Below the pieces are notes generated by a model. That model was not told the origin of the DNA. It saw only the letters and a list, made by a program, of their open reading frames with translations, and ran no database searches. This document shows positions 57,219-64,000 of a stretch of 64,000 bases of DNA, in pieces (the stretch's first letter is position 1; the number at the start of each line of letters is the position of its first letter). The stretch lies in contig JAJECA010000047.1 of NCBI GenBank assembly GCA_022822265.1, positions 1,866 to 65,865 of the forward strand, in the 5' to 3' direction. The translations under genes and the position numbers were made by a program. The stretch comes from Acidimicrobiia bacterium (GTDB lineage Bacteria; Actinomycetota; Acidimicrobiia; Acidimicrobiales; Bin134).

Positions 57219-59561
57219 GTGGCAATTGGCGAGGCGAGAACGAGCGCACTGCGCCGTGACGAGCTGCTGGCCGATCGCGCCATGGTGGGGACAGTGCTGT
57301 GCCGGGCGTTGGCCCGTCGGACCGACGAGTGGCTCCAAAGCATCTTCGCTGCCGAGGTAGCCGACCCAGAGGGCATCGCGTTGGTGGCGGTGGGCGGGTA
57401 CGGCCGGGCCGAGCTGTGCCCTTACAGCGACATCGACCTGCTGCTGTTGCACCGCGACCGCCCCGACATCGGTGAAATCGCCCCTCGCCTGTGGTACCCC
57501 ATCTGGGATGAGGGGCTGAAGCTCGGCCATTCGGTGCGTACGCCCCGGGAGACCCGGGATTTGGCCAAGACCGATCTGGACACGGCCACATCTCTGCTGG
57601 ACGCCCGCCACATTGCCGGCGACTCGGAGCTGACCGCCGACTTGACCGCCGACAACGACAATCAGTGGCGTCGCAGCGCCCGCAAGTGGCTTCCCCTGCT
57701 GGCCCAGGGGGTAGCCGAGCGCCATCGGCGCTGCGGCGAGGTGGCGTTCAAGCTGGAACCCGACCTCAAGCAGGGCCGGGGGGGCCTGCGCGACCTCCAT
57801 GCGCTGCGGTGGGTGGAGGCCGCAGTATTCGAGATGGACGACGCCGACAGTCGCCAGCTGTGGTCCGACTACGAGGTGATCCTGGCCGCTCGGGCCGAGC
57901 TGCACCGCACCGCCGACCGCCCCGGCGACCAGCTCCTGCTCCAAGAACAAGACGGCGTGGCCGCCGCGCTGGACTATGGCGACGCCGATGAGCTGATGGG
58001 CGCCATCGCCAGCTCGGCTAGATCCATCGCCTGGCGCAGCGACGAGATCTGGGCCTGGCTGCGGGATTCCGAGATGCCCCCCGAATGGCGCCGTCGGCTG
58101 CGCCGCCGCCACAGCCGCAACAACGCCGAGCTGGATGCCGGTGTGGTGGTCCAAGAGGGCCGGGCGGTGCTGGCCGAGGGCGCCGACACCGCCGACCCCT
58201 GCACCGCGCTGCGCCTGGCCCGGGCCGCCGCCTCCCACGAGCTGCGCATGGACCGCACCAGCCTGGGGCGGCTGAACAAGCAAATGGCCCCCATGGCTGA
58301 CCGGTGGCCCGACGAGGCCCGCAAGCTGTTTGTGGACCTTTTGATGACCGGCACCGAGGCCCCCCCGGTGATCGAGGCTCTGGACCAGATGGACCTGTTC
58401 GTGCGCATCCTGCCCGAGTGGGCCCCCAACCGCAGCCGCCCCCAGCGCAACGCCTACCACCAGTTCACGGTGGACCGGCACCTGTGCGAGGCCGCCGCAT
58501 TGGCTGCCGACCTGGTCGACCGGGTGGACCGCCCCGACCTGCTGGTGCTGGGCGCCCTGCTCCACGACATCGGCAAGGGCTATCCCGGCGACCACACCGA
58601 GGTGGGCATGGAGCTGGTGGCCGACATCGCCCACCGAATGGGCTATCCCCCCACCGACGTGGACGTGCTGGTGGCCATGGTGGAGCACCACCTGCTGTTG
58701 CCCGATGTGGCCACCCGGCGTGACCTGGAAGATCCCGACACCATTGCCGAGGTGGCTCGACAGGCTGGCACGGTTGAAACTCTCCGCCTGCTGGGAGCCC
58801 TCACCGAGGCCGACTCGGTGGCCACCGGCCCGTCGGCGTGGAGCAAGTGGAAGGCCAGCCTGGTGCGTGAGCTGGTGGCCCGCTGCGCCCATGTGATGGA
58901 GGGCGGCGATATCGACGAGATCACCTCCCGGTTCCCCACCCCCGAGCAGCGGGGGATGATGGAGGCTGGCGAGCGATTGGTACTGGGCGAGGGCGACACC
59001 CTGTTGGTGATCGCCCCCGATCAACACGGCATGTTCTCGCGGGTGGCCGGGGCTCTGGCCCTCAGCGGGCTGCGGGTGCTTTTGGCCGCGGCCCATTCTG
59101 AGTATGGGATGGCGTTGGAGCGGTTCCAGGTGGAGAGCACCCTGGGGCTGGAGATCGACTGGCCCCAGGTCACGGCCTATGTGGAGCAGGCCCTGGCCGG
59201 CCGCCTGGCCATCGAGGCCCGCCTGGCCGAGCGGATCAGCACCTATGAGGTTGAGCCCGACTTCACCCCCCGGCCGGTTATCGCCCCCAAGGTGAGCGTG
59301 GACAACGATTCCTCCTCCACCGCCACCATCATCGAGTTGGCCGCCCAGGCCCGCATCGGCCTGCTGAGCCGGGTGACCAGCGCCCTGTCGCAGCTCGGGC
59401 TGGACATTCTCAGCGCCAAGGTGCAAGACCTCGGTGGGGATGTGGTCCACGCCTATTACGTGCGCGACGGCGAGGGCAACAAGGTGACCGACCAAGAACA
59501 CTTAAGCGAGATCAATCTGGCCCTTCAGCACGCCATCGATACCTGCTCTACTCGGGTATGA
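57219..59561 (+). CDS. glnD: [Protein-PII] uridylyl/adenylyl-transferase GlnD
   Basis: Nucleotidyltransferase motif VGGYGRAELCPYSDIDLLLL, HD domain LLHDIGKG, and two C-terminal ACT-like repeats. Confidence 0.9.
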   Translation: MAIGEARTSALRRDELLADRAMVGTVLCRALARRTDEWLQSIFAAEVADPEGIALVAVGGYGRAELCPYSDIDLLLLHRDRPDIGEIAPRLWYPIWDEGLKLGHSVRTPRETRDLAKTDLDTATSLLDARHIAGDSELTADLTADNDNQWRRSARKWLPLLAQGVAERHRRCGEVAFKLEPDLKQGRGGLRDLHALRWVEAAVFEMDDADSRQLWSDYEVILAARAELHRTADRPGDQLLLQEQDGVAAALDYGDADELMGAIASSARSIAWRSDEIWAWLRDSEMPPEWRRRLRRRHSRNNAELDAGVVVQEGRAVLAEGADTADPCTALRLARAAASHELRMDRTSLGRLNKQMAPMADRWPDEARKLFVDLLMTGTEAPPVIEALDQMDLFVRILPEWAPNRSRPQRNAYHQFTVDRHLCEAAALAADLVDRVDRPDLLVLGALLHDIGKGYPGDHTEVGMELVADIAHRMGYPPTDVDVLVAMVEHHLLLPDVATRRDLEDPDTIAEVARQAGTVETLRLLGALTEADSVATGPSAWSKWKASLVRELVARCAHVMEGGDIDEITSRFPTPEQRGMMEAGERLVLGEGDTLLVIAPDQHGMFSRVAGALALSGLRVLLAAAHSEYGMALERFQVESTLGLEIDWPQVTAYVEQALAGRLAIEARLAERISTYEVEPDFTPRPVIAPKVSVDNDSSSTATIIELAAQARIGLLSRVTSALSQLGLDILSAKVQDLGGDVVHAYYVRDGEGNKVTDQEHLSEINLALQHAIDTCSTRV

Positions 59562-59586
59562 GGGCGATTGGGACCACCTAGCGGCT

Positions 59587-60282
59587 ATGGGTGACGAGGG
59601 CCGGGCCGTAGTAGGGGAAGGCGACCTGAGGCGGTGGTCGGAGGCCCTGGCCGGGATCGCCCGCACCGGGCTGGCCTTCACGAACAACCAGTACGAGCAG
59701 GAGCGTTTCGAAGAGGTGCTGCACGTGGCTGCCGACATGGCCGCCGCGCTGAGCAGCGGATGGACGCCCGAGAATTTTGTGGCCGAGTGGATGAAATCGG
59801 TGGGCGAGGGCGTTCCCGGCTATGTCACCCCCAAAGTGGCGGTGGGGGCCGTGGTGGGCAACGACGACGGCGAGATCCTGCTGGTGCAGCGGGCCGACTC
59901 CGGGGTGTGGCTGTACCCCACCGGCTGGGCCGACGTGGGCTACTCCCCCTCAGAGGTGGTGGTGAAAGAGGTGCTGGAGGAAACCGGCATCGTGTGCGAG
60001 GTGGACCGGCCCATCGCCATCCACGACGGCTTGCGCCGGGGATTCACCACCGTGCCCATGTACTCGATGGTGTTTTTGTGCCAGGCGGTGGGCGGCCAGC
60101 TCGACCCCCATCCCCTGGAGTGCAGCGACGTCGGATTCTTCGGCCCCGACAACCTCCCCGACGGCGTCCACGGCAGCGACTGGTGGCTGGCCCACTCCTT
60201 CGCCGCCATCCGCGGCGAACCCATAGAGTTCCTCTTCGACCGCCCCCGCACCCCACCCTGGCGCGGCAACCACGAGGGCTGA
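59587..60282 (+). CDS. NUDIX hydrolase with a Nudix N-terminal helper domain
   Basis: LRRWSEALAGIARTGLAFTNNQYEQERFEEV, then the Nudix box GWADVGYSPSEVVVKEVLEETGI. Confidence 0.8.
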   Translation: MGDEGRAVVGEGDLRRWSEALAGIARTGLAFTNNQYEQERFEEVLHVAADMAAALSSGWTPENFVAEWMKSVGEGVPGYVTPKVAVGAVVGNDDGEILLVQRADSGVWLYPTGWADVGYSPSEVVVKEVLEETGIVCEVDRPIAIHDGLRRGFTTVPMYSMVFLCQAVGGQLDPHPLECSDVGFFGPDNLPDGVHGSDWWLAHSFAAIRGEPIEFLFDRPRTPPWRGNHEG

Positions 60283-60317
60283 TTTCCCGGGCCTTCTACT
60301 AGCGCCGGACGCGACCC

Positions 60318-61208
60318 TCAGCTGCGCTGGTCGCGGAGGAACTGCTCTATTTGGTCTACGAACTCGCCGGGGTCGGTGGAGCGCATTTCCTCTATCTCGC
60401 CGTTCTCCTCGGCTTCCCGGTCGAAGGCGGTCTCCAGCTCGTTGATGTACTCGGACGTCTCGTCGGCCTGATCGGCTAGCTCGGACACATGGCGCTCGTA
60501 GCTTTCGGCCATCTCTTCGAGCTCGGAGGTGTCGGGGGAGATATCCAGCAGGGTTCCCAGTCTCCGCACTAGGGCCAGGGAGGCCTTGGGCGAGGGGATC
60601 TCCGAGGCGTAGCCCGGCACTGCGGCCCACAGCGAGGCGGTTTGCAATCCGGCGGTGGCACAGGCGTTGTGGAGCACTCCCACAATGCCGGTGGGACCCT
60701 CGTAGCTGGAGGGGGTGAGGCCGAGCTGGTTGGCCATCTCGGGATCGTCGCTGCTGCCATAGATGGGGGTGGGGCGAGTATGGGGAACATCGGCCAGAAG
60801 CGCTCCGAGGGTGATCACCAGCGGGCTGTCGAGCCGCTTGGCCATGTCCACGATCTGCTGGGCGAAGGTGCGCCACCTGAGCTGGGGCTCGGCCCCCACC
60901 AATAAGGCCACCTCGGTATCGGCGCCGTCGGACGTGTCGGCGCCGTTCACGGAAGCGGCCAGCAGGTCGTTGCTGGGCCAGATCAGAGATCGGGAGCCGT
61001 CGTCCTCCAAGCGGAGGTGGGGGCGGGTGTCGGCGAAGTCGTAGAACGGCTCGGGGTCGAGACTGGCCACCTCGGTGGTGTCCCAGCGGCTGGCCAGCCA
61101 GGCCAGGGCGCCCGAGGCGGCGTCGCCGGCGTCGTTCCAACCGGTGAATGCGGCCACCAGGGCCGGCCGGTTGCGAGGAGATTCATCCACCCAGCTGATC
61201 AGCGCCAC
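60318..61208 (-). CDS. PAC2 (proteasome assembly chaperone 2-like) family protein
   Basis: PALVAAFTGWNDAGDAASGAL...PTGIVGVL. Confidence 0.7.
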   Translation of the reverse strand: MALISWVDESPRNRPALVAAFTGWNDAGDAASGALAWLASRWDTTEVASLDPEPFYDFADTRPHLRLEDDGSRSLIWPSNDLLAASVNGADTSDGADTEVALLVGAEPQLRWRTFAQQIVDMAKRLDSPLVITLGALLADVPHTRPTPIYGSSDDPEMANQLGLTPSSYEGPTGIVGVLHNACATAGLQTASLWAAVPGYASEIPSPKASLALVRRLGTLLDISPDTSELEEMAESYERHVSELADQADETSEYINELETAFDREAEENGEIEEMRSTDPGEFVDQIEQFLRDQRS

Positions 61209-61266
61209 CCGCCCAACCTATCGCCCCGCGCGGAAGAACCTCATCTCGCGCCGGTAGTCTCGCCCC

Positions 61267-61698
61267 ATGGCGGTTGAAATCACCGAAGCCACCGAGGCCA
61301 CCGCCGAACTGGTGGAGGCGTTCGAGCGGCTCACCCCCCAGCTGTCGTCGTCCAACCCGCCGCCCTCGGCCGAGGCCCTACAGGCCATCGCCGCCTCCGA
61401 CGCCAGCCGGCTGCTGGTGGCCCATGCCGACGGCGCCATCGTCGGCAGCCTCACACTGGTGCTGGTGCGCATCCCCACGGGGCTGCGGGCCATCATCGAA
61501 GACGTGGTGGTGGACGAGCGGTCTCGAGGCCAGGGCGTGGGCCGGAAGCTGAATGAGGCTGCGCTGGAATTGGCTCGGGCCGCTGGCGCGGTGACCGTGG
61601 ACCTAACCTCCCGACCCACCAGGGAAGCAGCCAACCGCCTCTATCTGAACCTCGGCTTCGTGGTGCGCGACACCAACGTGTATCGCTACCAACTTTGA
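61267..61698 (+). CDS. GNAT family N-acetyltransferase
   Basis: Acetyl-CoA loop VVVDERSRGQGVGRKL and C-terminal ANRLYLNLGF. Confidence 0.8.
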   Translation: MAVEITEATEATAELVEAFERLTPQLSSSNPPPSAEALQAIAASDASRLLVAHADGAIVGSLTLVLVRIPTGLRAIIEDVVVDERSRGQGVGRKLNEAALELARAAGAVTVDLTSRPTREAANRLYLNLGFVVRDTNVYRYQL

Positions 61699-61718
61699 GT
61701 TGGGCCAGCGGAGAGAAG

Positions 61719-62741
61719 CTAGCTGCTGTCGCCGTTGCCGTTGACGCTTACGGGGACCTCGTTGGGGAAGTGGCAGGCCACGTAGTGATCGGGGGCGATC
61801 TCCTTCAGCACCGGCTCCTCGGTCGAGCACAGGTCTTGCACCTTCTCGCACCGGGTTCGGAACCGGCAGCCTGACGGGGGGTTGATGGGCGAGGGCAGCT
61901 CGCCGGTGATCTGCCGGTCGGACACCGGGTGGTCGGGGTCGGGCTCGGGGATGGAGGCCAGCAGCACGTCGGTGTAGGGGTGGGCGGGGTGGGCGTAGAG
62001 GGCGTCGGGCCCGGCTACCTCGCACACCTTGCCCAGATACATCACCACCACCCGGTCAGACACGTTCTTGACCACGGCCAGATCGTGGGCGATGAACACC
62101 AGGGTCAGCCCGTAGCGCTCCTTCATCTCCTCCAGGAGGTTCAGGATCTGGGCCTGCACCGACACGTCCAGCGCCGACACCGGCTCATCGCAAATGATCA
62201 CTTTGGGGTCGAGCACCAGGGCTCGGGCGATGCAGATGCGCTGGCACTGGCCCCCGGAGAACTGGTGGGGACGGCGGTCGGACACCACCTCGGGGTCGAG
62301 CCCCACGGCGTCGAGCACCTCGTTCACTTTCTGGACGGCGGTGTCTCCCGCGTCGTTGTGCCAGATGGACAGGCCCTCGGCCACGATGTCCTTCACCTTG
62401 CGCCGGGGGTTCAGCGACGAGATCGGGTCTTGGAAGATCATCTGCATCCGGGTGCGGGTGCGCCGTAGATCTTCTTTGGGAAGCTCGGTCATCTCCACCC
62501 CGTCGAAGCGCACTGATCCCGCCGTGGGCGAGGGCAGCTGCATCATGGCTCGTCCGGTGGTGGACTTGCCGCAGCCCGACTCGCCCACCAAGCCCAGGGT
62601 CTCCCCTTCGAGGATGTCGAAGCTGATGCCCGACACGGCGTGGACCACGGCCCGGCGTCCGGCGGGAAACTCCATCACCAAGTCTTCGACGGAAATCAGG
62701 GCTTCTTCGCCCCTCATGTGGACTTTGCCAGTTCCAGCCAT
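61719..62741 (-). CDS. Oligopeptide/dipeptide ABC transporter ATP-binding protein (DppF/OppF type)
   Basis: GESGCGKSTTGR, FSGGQCQRICIARAL, and a C-terminal oligopeptide-type extension PSPINPPSGCRFRTRC. Confidence 0.9.
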   Translation of the reverse strand: MAGTGKVHMRGEEALISVEDLVMEFPAGRRAVVHAVSGISFDILEGETLGLVGESGCGKSTTGRAMMQLPSPTAGSVRFDGVEMTELPKEDLRRTRTRMQMIFQDPISSLNPRRKVKDIVAEGLSIWHNDAGDTAVQKVNEVLDAVGLDPEVVSDRRPHQFSGGQCQRICIARALVLDPKVIICDEPVSALDVSVQAQILNLLEEMKERYGLTLVFIAHDLAVVKNVSDRVVVMYLGKVCEVAGPDALYAHPAHPYTDVLLASIPEPDPDHPVSDRQITGELPSPINPPSGCRFRTRCEKVQDLCSTEEPVLKEIAPDHYVACHFPNEVPVSVNGNGDSS

Positions 62742-62774
62742 TCGTGAGTCCTCCTCGAGATTGCGATCGCCGGG

Positions 62775-63845
62775 CTAGGAGACCGCGGCGGCGGTCAGGT
62801 CGAGACCAGCAGCGGTGATTCCCGTTGCCTGGTTGGCGGCCAGCGCTTCGGCGTTCTCCGGCGATCCCACCGGATAGAAGCAAGCTTGGCGATGGTCGGG
62901 CTGGCCGGTGTCGAACAGATCCGGCTCATCGGTGACGCACTGCTCTTGGGCGTAGCGGCACCGGGGGGCGAACCGGCATCCCACCAGGTCGAGCACCATG
63001 TCGGGCGGGCGGCCGCTGATGGCGTCCAGCCGGGTGTGGCTCTGGTGCTCCACCCGGGGGATCGACTTGAACAGCGCCTCAGTGTAGGGGTGGTTCATGT
63101 GGTGGAACAGCGTGGTGGTATCCGCGGTTTCCACCATCTTTCCGGCGTACATCACCCCGATGCGCCGGGCCCGGCCGGCCACCACGCCCAAGTCGTGGGT
63201 GATGAGGATCATGGCCATGCCCAGCTCCTCCTGGAGCGATGCCAAGAGGTCGAGGATCTGCTTCTGCACGGTCACGTCCAGCGCGGTGGTGGGCTCATCG
63301 GCGATCAGCAGCTTGGGGTTGCAGGCCAAGGCGATGGCAATGGTCACCCGCTGGCGCATCCCGCCCGATAGCTGGTGGGGGTACTCCTTGAGCCGCTTGC
63401 GGGGCTCGGGGATGCCCACTTGGATCATGAGCTCGAGGGCCCGCTCCATGGCCTCTTGCTTGGAGGCGCCGAGGTGGTAGCGGATGGACTCGGTGATCTG
63501 GATGCCCACCTTCTTGACCGGGTTCAACGAGGTCATCGGATCTTGGAAGATCATCGCCATCTGGGTGCCCCAGAAGTGCTTGGCCTCGCTCCGGCTCAGG
63601 TTGCGGGTGTCCTTGCCGTCGAAGAACACCTCGGAGCCATCGGGAATGATGGCGTTGCTGGTCAAGATGTTCATGATCGAGCGCACCAGCACCGATTTGC
63701 CCGAGCCCGATTCGCCCACGATGCCGATTGTCTCGCCCTTGTCCAGCGAGAAGCTCACCCCGTCGACCGCCTTGAGGATCCCCCGCGGTGTGTCGAAGTA
63801 GGTCCGGAGGTTCTCCACCTCCAAGAGTGGACGCTCAGATTCCAC
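62775..63845 (-). CDS. Oligopeptide/dipeptide ABC transporter ATP-binding protein (DppD/OppD type)
   Basis: GTG 63845 gives [49 protein letters not shown]. The ORF-track ATG 63905 is less likely. Confidence 0.88.
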   Translation of the reverse strand: MESERPLLEVENLRTYFDTPRGILKAVDGVSFSLDKGETIGIVGESGSGKSVLVRSIMNILTSNAIIPDGSEVFFDGKDTRNLSRSEAKHFWGTQMAMIFQDPMTSLNPVKKVGIQITESIRYHLGASKQEAMERALELMIQVGIPEPRKRLKEYPHQLSGGMRQRVTIAIALACNPKLLIADEPTTALDVTVQKQILDLLASLQEELGMAMILITHDLGVVAGRARRIGVMYAGKMVETADTTTLFHHMNHPYTEALFKSIPRVEHQSHTRLDAISGRPPDMVLDLVGCRFAPRCRYAQEQCVTDEPDLFDTGQPDHRQACFYPVGSPENAEALAANQATGITAAGLDLTAAAVS

Positions 63846-64000
63846 GGTGTTCCCCCCGATTTCTGTGGGCCGGCCCGGATGTGGCTGACATGCTAAGCGA
63901 ATCACGGCCCGACTGGGAATCCCTCGGCGGACTCGGCGGGTTGCGGCGCCGGTCCCCGAGCTGTCGGCCTATTCCGGTGATCCCACCGAAGAGGCCGTAC
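63835..64000 (-). CDS. Possible 3' end of an upstream ABC permease gene that continues beyond the window
   Basis: An open frame enters from the window edge and stops at TGA 63837-63835, overlapping the ATPase start. ...GIGRQLGDRRRNP weakly resembles the ...ALNRVGDKARERWDP ends of the DppC-like proteins here. Confidence 0.3.
   Translation of the reverse strand, partial: YGLFGGITGIGRQLGDRRRNPPSPPRDSQSGRDSLSMSATSGPAHRNRGEHRGI

Overview
This is a 64-kb, very GC-rich, densely coding chromosomal segment. Single 60-nt lines I hand-counted in housekeeping genes reach about 75% G+C. The gene order looks actinobacterial: folE-folP-folB-folK-panC-nadC-coaX-lysS, then clpC; ispD-ispF-rlmB; DUF3263/LytR_C; gpgS; groEL behind a CIRCE operator; amt-glnD. 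I can support about 60 protein genes, one tRNA-Thr(UGU), one CIRCE element, a few promoter and hairpin candidates, and several direct repeats. I saw no rRNA, CRISPR array, transposase or integrase.

Main blocks, in order:
1. The 3' edge of a polyketide-type cluster: an AT-less KS, a discrete carrier protein, an Sfp-type PPTase and a hydrolase.
2. Two tandem Dpp/Opp-type SBP-permease-permease modules with no ATPase genes. A matching ATPase pair sits about 50 kb away at the other window edge.
3. A two-gene operon encoding a fused double CoA-transferase and an indolepyruvate:ferredoxin-oxidoreductase-family protein.
4. A folate/pantothenate/NAD/CoA/lysS housekeeping run carrying an extra, translationally coupled phosphatase-like gene that lacks the catalytic Cys and Arg.
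5. An AT-richer islet of about 1.8 kb between lysS and a polyprenyl synthase. It holds an Abi_2-type abortive-infection gene, an ORF-poor 566-nt gap and a small Trp-rich acidic ORF.
6. clpC, hemB, ispDF, rlmB, tRNA-Thr, glucosylglycerate genes and groEL.
7. Four LivJ-like binding modules in three genes, one of them a fused double SBP, interrupted by hemQ and followed by livHMGF. livH carries a secreted N-terminal extra domain.
8. larE, then amt-glnD with no PII gene between them, then Nudix, PAC2 and GNAT genes.

I found no unambiguous complete novel system. The best candidates for a second look are the Abi islet, the dead-phosphatase gene inside the fol operon, the fused di-SBP array, the PII-less amt-glnD pair and the AT-less KS cluster edge. 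All functional calls come from motif recognition by eye; no searches were run.
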